Shown: positions 9,028-17,205 of the stretch, in pieces | Layout of the letters: the number at the start of each line of letters is the position of its first letter | How positions within the stretch are numbered: position 1 is the stretch's first letter | Source of the DNA: an uncultured virus (IMG/VR IMGVR_UViG_3300045927_000049) | Taxonomy: Duplodnaviria; Heunggongvirae; Uroviricota; Caudoviricetes | Strand: one strand, 5' to 3' | Length of the DNA: 64,000 nt | Virus record (IMG/VR): IMGVR_UViG_3300045927_000049 | Translations under genes and position numbers: made by a program | Notes under the pieces: model-generated | The model's input: only the letters and a program-made list of their open reading frames with translations | Databases searched by the model: none | What the model was told of the DNA's origin: nothing

Positions 9028-9917
9028 CCCGTCGCCACCGTGGTTGAGTAAATCTGCACGTCGCTTGCGGTGCGGATGAAGCCATCGGAGCGGATGCGTA
9101 TCTTGATGCCGGACCCCCAGTTGAGTGTCACATCGCTGTTGGTTTCCACCTTCCATGGCGCGTCAATGGCAACCCAAGAGGAAACGCCACCGCTGGTCCT
9201 GCGCACGTAAAGCTTGCCGTCATCCGGTGGTTCCGTGAAAATTTCAGAAGCATGCTTGTTGTCCAAGAGATCGGCATTCAGACCTGATCCCGGTCCCATG
9301 TTGCCAGCATTCCATATCTTTTTTCCGGTGCTGCCTGACGGGGTGATGTAGAGATCGGTGGTGGTGCCGCCTGTCTCCAGCCGCACTGCATAGTCCGTCG
9401 CATCGACATTGGCGTTGTGGAAATCGAAAGCCTTGCCGGTGTCGGTGATGCCGGTCGAACTGACCTGTGGGACAATACCCCAGCGGTGTTGCTCAGATGA
9501 TGTCGAGAACAGGCTGTCGCTGGACCAGATATTGGAGCCGTCCGTGAACACCAGTTTCCACTGATTGTGGATCAGTTCGTAGTTCTGCGTCGGTCCTGCT
9601 CCCGTCGAAATGGTCAGCGAGAAGCCGCCTGTCGTGGCATTCTCCATGAAGAAGAACTTGGAGACGGTCGGTATGCTGACCTTGCGGACAGCCGTTGTGG
9701 TTCCGGTGAAGCGCAGGAACATCGGGCGCGACTGATCGGTCCCGGCATTGACCTTGGTCAGCGTCATGTCGGCATCCGTCATCGGGATGGTCTTCATCGC
9801 GCTGAGGGCTTCTTCGATCAGCGACAGGTTGGTGTTGGTCTTCGATCCCCAAGACGCCCGGTTCTCACCGGTCGCCTGAAGTTCAAGGCCGAGGCTGGTC
9901 GTGTATGTGCTAGCCAT
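9024..9917 (-). CDS. Tail fibre protein
   Basis: MASTYTTSLGLELQATGENRASWG virion-anchor N-terminus, GSGLNADLLD and DGKLYVRR fibre motifs. Confidence 0.8.
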   Translation of the reverse strand: MASTYTTSLGLELQATGENRASWGSKTNTNLSLIEEALSAMKTIPMTDADMTLTKVNAGTDQSRPMFLRFTGTTTAVRKVSIPTVSKFFFMENATTGGFSLTISTGAGPTQNYELIHNQWKLVFTDGSNIWSSDSLFSTSSEQHRWGIVPQVSSTGITDTGKAFDFHNANVDATDYAVRLETGGTTTDLYITPSGSTGKKIWNAGNMGPGSGLNADLLDNKHASEIFTEPPDDGKLYVRRTSGGVSSWVAIDAPWKVETNSDVTLNWGSGIKIRIRSDGFIRTASDVQIYSTTVATG

Positions 9918-12900
9918 GTGTCCACTCGTGTTTCTGGTGGGGATGCTTGATCCAATCCTCTCCCGGTGAAGTGGTCTTCACCCATACATGCTTGTCTGTC
10001 GGCACCGGCACCCAGTCACCGTGACCGCCTTCGTCCACTGGTATCCAGTTCTCGTCCCTGATGTCGTCCTCCGGTCTGTGCCCCCAGTTCGTGGAGACGG
10101 CGCGACCGAGGTGGACAGTCATTGCCTCTGTCGGATACGGCAGTTCGAAGACGTAATCGTAGGCAACGAAAACATCGCCGGTCAGCACCTGCATCTCAAA
10201 GCCGGGCGGCTCAATGCTGACACCGGCAGACGCAATGACATTGCCGAGATAGGCAGTGACCTCCTGTCCCAATACCGGGAAGGTGATGCCGAGGGCAAAA
10301 TCGACCTCACCGACTTCGACCGTCAGTTGCTCACCGAGAAGCGTTGCGGTGGCTGTGCCTCTGACTGTCACCGTTCCGGCAGAAGCGGTGAGGCTCTGGC
10401 CGCTGACGTACAGGTTGGTGACCAGTGCGACAGAGACGCTGCCGACCGAAACAAAGGCCACCGTCGTCAGAGCATTGACGTTCTGGACTGTTCTGACCGA
10501 AACCGTCCCGGCAGAGACGGAGACAGACTGACCGGTGACGGAGACGCCTGCCCTTGCGCTGATCGACAGGGTTCCGAGCGAGACGGTGACACTTTGCCCG
10601 GTAACGCTGACCGCCTGTTTGGTGGCAACCGAGACGGTGCCAAGACCGACCGCAACCTGTTGGCTTGCGACGGTTATCTTCTGCTGCGTCGTGACCTGAA
10701 CTGTGCCGACCGAGACAGCGACCTGTTGGCCGGTCACCGCTGCGGTCATCTTGACGGCTGTCGAAACGGTTCCGACAGAAGCCGTCAGTCCAAGCGAGTT
10801 GCCGCCGCCGCCACCTTCCATCGGCGCGGATGCCTTGTACGGATGTCCTGCCGGGAGGTTGGCCTGTAGCCCCCATTTGTGGGACAGGTAGCCTTCCAGC
10901 TTCTCGCGGTCTGCATCGGCCAGCTTGTTGTCGTAGAGAACGAGTTCCGCGACCTCGCAGTCCATCGTCTCCTGTGTACCGCTGGCATCGTACCCACTGA
11001 TGGCGAAGGTGCCCTGCATTCCCGCGCCGCTGGTGGCGGACCCCAGCAGGGTGCCGTCCTTGAAGAAGCGGATGAGGACGCCACCGGGCGACTTGCCATC
11101 TGCCCCATACAGCTTCCATGGCCCCGGTGCGGACACCCATCCGGTGCCCGACACGATCCAGCCATTGTCGTACATCGTGTCCTGACCGGACGAGTGGAAG
11201 CCGACAAGGAAGTTGGGTGGCGGATAGATGCAGGACATTGCCCGTCCCGGCGGACCGACAATGTGACGGACGATGTAGGACAGTGTGTACTCGTAAGCGA
11301 TGCCGGTACTGGTCTGGCGCAGCCGTCCTTCATTGGTCCTGAAGCGGACGACCGGTTTGCTGTTCAGCGTGTTGGCGGCAACTGTCGGAGCCGGTGACCC
11401 GACAACCGCAAGATCGGGACCGTAGCCGGGGTTCGGCCACGGACTGACCGCAGCCCCGTCCGCCAGACCAAGTGCATCGGCATCCAGCCAGATGTTCAGT
11501 CCGGTCTGGAGATCGGGCGTCCACGGAACAAGCGGAGCGCCTTCGGTAATGTAGACGTTGGCCTTGCCTGTGATGCCAAGTATGCCGCTGTAGGCATTGA
11601 CTGTCGGGCTGGCAACGCCGACCGACATGTTGCCCGCATTGGACACCGAGACATCGCTGACCAACGGATTGAGGACGAGGCCAGTTGGATAGACATTCGC
11701 AGACTGAACAGCCGAAACCGTTCCGACCGAAGCTGCCACTTGCAGTCCGGTGACGGTGACGTTCGCTTTGCCAGTGACCGAAACCGTTCCGACAGAGGCC
11801 GTCTGCGGGTCACCAGCAACCAGCGGTCTGGCCTTGCCGACGACACTGACAGTGCCGACCGATGCTGTGACCGACTGACCGGCGACCGTGACGCTGGCGT
11901 TCGAACTTGCGGTAACCGTGCCGACCGAAGCGGTCAGCCCCAGCCCGGTTAGCGAGACAGTGACATCGGCAGTCACGACATCCCAAGGGATGAGGTCGCT
12001 GTCCCATGTGTCGCTGTCGGTGTTCCACTCAGGACCGGCGGCACCTGTCCCGGTGGTGACGGACGCATCTCCAATGCCTGCCGTCAGTTCCTGCCCGGTA
12101 AGCGTGACGCTCTGTGCGCTTGCGGCAGTGACGGCTACGGTTCCGACATAGGCAGCAAACCACTGGCTGGCGAGCGTGGCGCTTATCTTTATGCTGGCCG
12201 AAGCATTCCCAACAGAAGCCGTAACTTCCTGACCGGTAACGTTAACCGATATCGGGGTGGATACACTGTCCCACCCCAGATCAACGCCAACATATTGCTG
12301 GTCTGGCGTTGCGCCACTGAGCGCCCCTCCCGATGGTCTGTAGGCACCCACAGTCTGCGAGGAAAACTGAAATACGGTTCCCCCGATATTGGCCCACCAC
12401 TGGCCGTCCGATGCCGTGGTGTCCTTCATGATCGCGTAGTAATTGCCGGAGACGACCGAGAAGGGGGCGACCTTGACCCATGCGTAGTCACCAACGGTTC
12501 TGTCGGTGAAATCGACATAGCCTTCCGCAACGAGGCTGTCCGCCATCCACTCGTAAACGGCAACCCTGTGCAGCCCGGTGTTGTCCGTCCCGCACCGTGC
12601 GCCGAGCCACTCAAACGTCATGTTCTGGTTGAACCAGATGCGAACGCCGACACTGCCAGAGAAGTCGTTGCGGTCAGCACCGGGCGTGAAGGATGTGCAA
12701 AGAAAGTCCGCCGGGGTAGCGACAGCCTTGGCTGTGCCTATCGAAGCCGTGACCGCCTGTCCGGTGACAGTCACGCTGATGTTGGGGTTGGCGATTTCCC
12801 TGAAAGCGACAAGCACCGAAACAGCATCAACCGCCGTCGCGGGCGTAAAGGTTTTGCCGGTCGAGGCACTGTCAATGGCGTACTGGTGCGAGGTGGCAAT

Positions 12901-13473
12901 GTTCGATGCCGCCGCGCCACCGGTCGAAGCAACAATACCAAGACGGGTGAAGCCGGTGTAAGCGGCTGAACCAGTCGTCGTTTCGTCGGAACTGACGCCA
13001 ACGTACAGGTAATTCCCACTGGTCAAACCGGAGATCACGGAAGCCGGATCGGCCCCGGTATCCCCCACGCCGCTGGCGGTTCCCACCACTTGGGCTATGT
13101 TGCCCGCGCCCACCGAATAGGAACCAGCGAAAAAAGCGCGGGCGTTGCCGCTGGTCCCGATGGTCAGGGTGATGGTGTCACTGCTGACCAGTTGCACGGT
13201 GGTGTTCGAGTACCAGATCGAACCATGTGCGCCAGCATTGGCAGAGCCTTGGCCGTTGGTCTGGCCAGCCGCCAGAACGTAAGTATTGCCCTTGCTATCG
13301 GAAACGCCGACAACATCATCCGCGCCGGTTACGTCCGTCGTCGCCTTGTTGTCGGCACCGACCGTAACGACGATCAGCGATCCGGCGTTGACGGTTGTCG
13401 CCAGTGTTATGGAAGCCGTGGTGCCGGTCTTGCTGCCGACTGAGCCAAGGTTGACGGGGGTGCCAAATGCCAT
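9910..13473 (-). CDS. Large repeat-rich virion fibre with inserted lectin-like domains
   Basis: 1187 aa; many VTG.xxT.SVGTV repeats; LamG/concanavalin-like insert (WLDADAL...EVAELVLYD...LEGYLSHKWG). Confidence 0.75.
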   Translation of the reverse strand: MAFGTPVNLGSVGSKTGTTASITLATTVNAGSLIVVTVGADNKATTDVTGADDVVGVSDSKGNTYVLAAGQTNGQGSANAGAHGSIWYSNTTVQLVSSDTITLTIGTSGNARAFFAGSYSVGAGNIAQVVGTASGVGDTGADPASVISGLTSGNYLYVGVSSDETTTGSAAYTGFTRLGIVASTGGAAASNIATSHQYAIDSASTGKTFTPATAVDAVSVLVAFREIANPNISVTVTGQAVTASIGTAKAVATPADFLCTSFTPGADRNDFSGSVGVRIWFNQNMTFEWLGARCGTDNTGLHRVAVYEWMADSLVAEGYVDFTDRTVGDYAWVKVAPFSVVSGNYYAIMKDTTASDGQWWANIGGTVFQFSSQTVGAYRPSGGALSGATPDQQYVGVDLGWDSVSTPISVNVTGQEVTASVGNASASIKISATLASQWFAAYVGTVAVTAASAQSVTLTGQELTAGIGDASVTTGTGAAGPEWNTDSDTWDSDLIPWDVVTADVTVSLTGLGLTASVGTVTASSNASVTVAGQSVTASVGTVSVVGKARPLVAGDPQTASVGTVSVTGKANVTVTGLQVAASVGTVSAVQSANVYPTGLVLNPLVSDVSVSNAGNMSVGVASPTVNAYSGILGITGKANVYITEGAPLVPWTPDLQTGLNIWLDADALGLADGAAVSPWPNPGYGPDLAVVGSPAPTVAANTLNSKPVVRFRTNEGRLRQTSTGIAYEYTLSYIVRHIVGPPGRAMSCIYPPPNFLVGFHSSGQDTMYDNGWIVSGTGWVSAPGPWKLYGADGKSPGGVLIRFFKDGTLLGSATSGAGMQGTFAISGYDASGTQETMDCEVAELVLYDNKLADADREKLEGYLSHKWGLQANLPAGHPYKASAPMEGGGGGNSLGLTASVGTVSTAVKMTAAVTGQQVAVSVGTVQVTTQQKITVASQQVAVGLGTVSVATKQAVSVTGQSVTVSLGTLSISARAGVSVTGQSVSVSAGTVSVRTVQNVNALTTVAFVSVGSVSVALVTNLYVSGQSLTASAGTVTVRGTATATLLGEQLTVEVGEVDFALGITFPVLGQEVTAYLGNVIASAGVSIEPPGFEMQVLTGDVFVAYDYVFELPYPTEAMTVHLGRAVSTNWGHRPEDDIRDENWIPVDEGGHGDWVPVPTDKHVWVKTTSPGEDWIKHPHQKHEWTHG

Positions 13474-13497
13474 TCAGCAATCCCCCATCGGTTGGTG

Positions 13498-13791
13498 TTA
13501 AGTTTCAGGTTCCGGTGGCGGCGTGCTGTCTTCCTGCTCCCACACCAGAACAGCCGTCTTCAATGTTTCGATTGCCGCCTGCACTTCCGGATTGGTGTCG
13601 GCAAGCAGACGCTTGGTGATGACTGATGACGCCACACTGGAGGAAACCGGCGTCTCCGCTTCCGATCTTGCCGTCTCCGGTAGCGTCAGCAGGACTTGCA
13701 CCGTGCCTTGCACGAAGTCGTCCACGCCGTAGGTGAGATCGATATAGACGCCAGCGACGTGCTTCTCCGCGTTGACGACAATTTCAGGCAT
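13498..13791 (-). CDS. Small tail-associated protein
   Basis: 97-aa ORF coupled to the end of the CQRY triplet. Confidence 0.6.
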   Translation of the reverse strand: MPEIVVNAEKHVAGVYIDLTYGVDDFVQGTVQVLLTLPETARSEAETPVSSSVASSVITKRLLADTNPEVQAAIETLKTAVLVWEQEDSTPPPEPET

Positions 13792-14927
13792 CAGGCTAAC
13801 CTCGCATTCTCGGCTATGTAGAGGGATGGCGTCATGTCGATGAGGGCCACCGCACGACCAGCCGTGTTGGCGGCGGCAGATGTGTAGTTATGCTCAAAGA
13901 CGTAGGTGTTGCTGTAGTTATTGGCGACGGCTGTAACATTGGGATACGCAGCCGGTTCCCATGCTCTTGGTGTGCCGACCAGTGTCGGTGTTGGAAAAAT
14001 CCGCATCACTGCTTGGTTTGGGTAGGCTGACCGTTGTGATGTAGCAGTTGACGCGATGCCGACACCGATGGACCCCATCTGCTTCTGCCAGTACCGCTGG
14101 CATTCACTGAAGGTCTGGCGATGGGGCGGCATTTCGTAGGACGGTGCTTTGCCGGTCTTCAGCGGGTCGAGATACAGACCGACATCGTAGATGTAGAGCC
14201 AGTTCTGGCCTGCCGTAGAGATGATGTTATGGATGCCATTGTAGCCAAGGTAATTGCCGTTCTGCCAAGAGAGCGTTGCCGGGGCGAAATAGGTTGATCC
14301 GCACACCACCACCCAATCAATGCTGACCCCCATACCGGTGCCGCCCGACCATGTTCCGGTCGTCTCGCCGGGGATTGCAAAGGTAAATACGGTGGGCGTC
14401 GATGAGGTGGAGACGGAAAACGGGATGACGTAGGCCCGGTTGCCAGCCTCATTTCTGAGGGCGACCGCAAAGTCCGTTGCATTTCCATAACGCTCTGCGC
14501 CAAATCTCAAAACGACCTGTTCCGCAGATGACGTTCCCCATTTGAATGGGGCGGCACGGCTGCCCTCAATGCGGTGGTCGATCATCTGATAGTCAGCAGC
14601 AACAACAGCAACGCTGTCAGAAGCGTTATATTCCAATGCGTATCTGGATGAACTGGCGGCATAGGCTCTACGATTTACAGTAATAGGCCGCGATGCATTG
14701 GCAAAATACCCCCACTGATCAGCCATATAGTAAGGTGGAGTGAGGCCAAGATTGTCGCCATTCTGCTGGCTGATTTGCATCGACGGGTTGATGATGTAGT
14801 TGAACGGCAAAGCAGTACCCAACGATGCCGCCGTCCAAGTCCCTGTCGTGGTGCTGTATGTGTAGACCACCGTGCCGCTGGTGAACTTCTGGCCATCGGT
14901 AGGGGAGGATGGGAAGTTGATTGCCAT
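13791..14927 (-). CDS. Receptor-binding / carbohydrate-binding fibre protein (paralogue 3)
   Basis: MAINFPSSPTDGQ start, NYIINPSMQISQ, ECQRYW, ends ENARLA. Confidence 0.8.
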   Translation of the reverse strand: MAINFPSSPTDGQKFTSGTVVYTYSTTTGTWTAASLGTALPFNYIINPSMQISQQNGDNLGLTPPYYMADQWGYFANASRPITVNRRAYAASSSRYALEYNASDSVAVVAADYQMIDHRIEGSRAAPFKWGTSSAEQVVLRFGAERYGNATDFAVALRNEAGNRAYVIPFSVSTSSTPTVFTFAIPGETTGTWSGGTGMGVSIDWVVVCGSTYFAPATLSWQNGNYLGYNGIHNIISTAGQNWLYIYDVGLYLDPLKTGKAPSYEMPPHRQTFSECQRYWQKQMGSIGVGIASTATSQRSAYPNQAVMRIFPTPTLVGTPRAWEPAAYPNVTAVANNYSNTYVFEHNYTSAAANTAGRAVALIDMTPSLYIAENARLA

Positions 14928-16063
14928 CACATCCTCGCATTCATGGCGATGTAGTCGGCTTCCGTCTGGTAGTACATGCATGCCTGCTTGCCGCCCGTGG
15001 CAAAGGTTCCCCCTGTCGTGATGTCGAGTTCCGCAGCCCAGTAGTTGCTGGTATTGGCAGAGATGGACGAGAAGAGGGCTGTCGTTGTGCCATCGTAGAA
15101 CCGAACAGAACCCGCTGCGGTTGCGGTTGGCGCAAGCCGCATCGGCACCGGATGCCGCATCCCACTGCGTGACACAGCGGTGCCGCTCGCCACGCCGCCA
15201 TGCAGTCCATATGCCCTGTACCAGTACCGCTGGCAGCGTTTGGTTTCCGCTGTGATTTCCGGAAGCGCAAACGGCGGCGCAACACCGGTCTTGTAGGGAT
15301 CGGCGTAGAGGCCGAAGTCGAAGATTTCCAACGTATCGCCAACAGTAAAGAACTGCGCTGCGCCAGCCGCGCCACCATCCGCTACGCCGGTCGTCCAGCT
15401 ATTGGTGGTCCCGCCGCTATTTCCACTGCCCCATACAAACGAGAAGCAAAGCTCCATTGCTGCCGAATTGTCATTTGCCCATGTGCCACCCGTGGCACCG
15501 GGTATGACAAGCGTGCAATAGGCGTCCGTGTTAGCAGTGTTTGCTCCTGTCGATGTTCGATACCCGTATCCGGCTGGAGTACGGACAGTGAACTCAACGC
15601 CAGTGGACCCGACAACGGATGCCTTGAAGCCGAAACGCACGACGATCTGCTTTGCGCTGGCTGTCCCGAACATCAAATCGGCTATGCGAACACCCTCTAT
15701 CGGACAGAAAACCCAGACATTCCGCGTACCAATCGGAGAACCGGCAACGTTGTTGATCGTGAAGCGCAGGCGGTTAGGAGAACCATAAGGAGTTACGACA
15801 GCGACTTGCTGTCCAGTTACCGCGCCTGTCGTGGTGGCGGAGACTTTCCAGTTCTCCGAAATATAAGCGGCATTCCCTCCGGTGGTCGCCGTTGTCCCGA
15901 ATGGCTGGCTGACCTGAAAGGCGGGATTGACGATGTAGTTCTTCGGCAGTGCCGTAGTCAGCGGTGCCTTGGTCCAAAGTCCATTGCTGTAGACAAACGA
16001 TGTGCCGGGAACAGCGTTGAAAACCTGTCCTTGTGTGGGCGAGGACGGGAAGTTGATCGCCAT
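14927..16063 (-). CDS. Receptor-binding / carbohydrate-binding fibre protein (paralogue 2)
   Basis: MAINFPSSPTQGQ start, NYIVNPAFQVSQ, RCQRYW, PMRLAPT, ends MNARM. Confidence 0.8.
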   Translation of the reverse strand: MAINFPSSPTQGQVFNAVPGTSFVYSNGLWTKAPLTTALPKNYIVNPAFQVSQPFGTTATTGGNAAYISENWKVSATTTGAVTGQQVAVVTPYGSPNRLRFTINNVAGSPIGTRNVWVFCPIEGVRIADLMFGTASAKQIVVRFGFKASVVGSTGVEFTVRTPAGYGYRTSTGANTANTDAYCTLVIPGATGGTWANDNSAAMELCFSFVWGSGNSGGTTNSWTTGVADGGAAGAAQFFTVGDTLEIFDFGLYADPYKTGVAPPFALPEITAETKRCQRYWYRAYGLHGGVASGTAVSRSGMRHPVPMRLAPTATAAGSVRFYDGTTTALFSSISANTSNYWAAELDITTGGTFATGGKQACMYYQTEADYIAMNARM

Positions 16064-17205
16064 TATGGCCTCGCATTCATCGAGATGTAATTGGCGGTCT
16101 GAGTATCGACCAAGGTCCGGAACGGTCGTCCAATCGTGTATGTCGCGCCAGCCTGACCGATGGTCAGTGCCGTGCTGTCGGCATGGTTCTGGTAGTTGGT
16201 CACCGAACTGGCATTTGGCGCGACAGAGATGTCATGGGTTCTCAGAGAGCCAACCAATGCAGCAGTTGGAGCCACTCGCATCGGGACATAATGCGAGGCC
16301 CAAGCGATGCCTTGCGACGTGGTGTTGACGACCCCATCCATGCGGAAGCACCTGTACCAGTAGCGCAGGCAGTCCTGCTGGTCGTCCTCAATGTGCGTTG
16401 GCTCGAATGGTGGGGCCAAGCCGGTGATGTTGGGGTCCACATACCAGCCGACATCGAACAGTTCCACGGTGTTGCCGACCGTCTGATAGAACGTGTTGGT
16501 CAGCGTGCTGGCCCCGGCATAATTTCCGGAAAGCCATTGATAGGTGCTGGACGTGAAGCTGGCGTTGCAGGCAATCCAGTGGATGAACCCCCATCTGGTA
16601 TTGTCAGTCACCCAAGCCCCATCGGTGCAGGGCGGAACGACACAGACTTGCACCGTATCGGTATTCGCCTGTGCCGCCGAGATGGTGAACGGATACACAT
16701 AGGACCGCGTGGAACCGAAGTTCCTGATGGCGACATTGTAGGTTCCAGCCGGGGCTTTCCATCCGAACCGCAACACGCTCCATTTCGCATTGGTGGTTCC
16801 GTAGAAAAGGTCCGTCATCCTAAGACCTTCCAGATAGTGGTAGAATGTCAGCCACTCTCCGGAACCGAGCGTCGCATCGGCGGTCGTGATCGACAGCCGC
16901 AGCCTGTATTTGGAACCGTCCGGTGTCGTAATAGCCAGACGCTGACCACGATAGACCCCGACATCGCTGGTGTAGGTGGCGTAATAGCCTTCCGCCATGA
17001 TCAGGCCAGCGACGTTCGACCCATCCGTCAAACCGTTCTGGTCATTGATCAGGAAGCATGGGTTGAACAGGAGGTTCTTTCGAGATGCCGTACCGGCCCG
17101 TCTGGTCCATGTGCCTTTGGCGGAACTGTAAACGTAGGTAGGCCAGCCGCCACCAGCCCAATGGACATGACCATTAGCGGGCGAGGTCGGGAAATTGTAC
17201 CCCAT
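16063..17205 (-). CDS. Receptor-binding / carbohydrate-binding fibre protein (paralogue 1)
   Basis: MGYNFPTSPANG start, KNLLFNPCF, DCLRYW, PMRVAPT, ends MNARP. Confidence 0.8.
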   Translation of the reverse strand: MGYNFPTSPANGHVHWAGGGWPTYVYSSAKGTWTRRAGTASRKNLLFNPCFLINDQNGLTDGSNVAGLIMAEGYYATYTSDVGVYRGQRLAITTPDGSKYRLRLSITTADATLGSGEWLTFYHYLEGLRMTDLFYGTTNAKWSVLRFGWKAPAGTYNVAIRNFGSTRSYVYPFTISAAQANTDTVQVCVVPPCTDGAWVTDNTRWGFIHWIACNASFTSSTYQWLSGNYAGASTLTNTFYQTVGNTVELFDVGWYVDPNITGLAPPFEPTHIEDDQQDCLRYWYRCFRMDGVVNTTSQGIAWASHYVPMRVAPTAALVGSLRTHDISVAPNASSVTNYQNHADSTALTIGQAGATYTIGRPFRTLVDTQTANYISMNARP

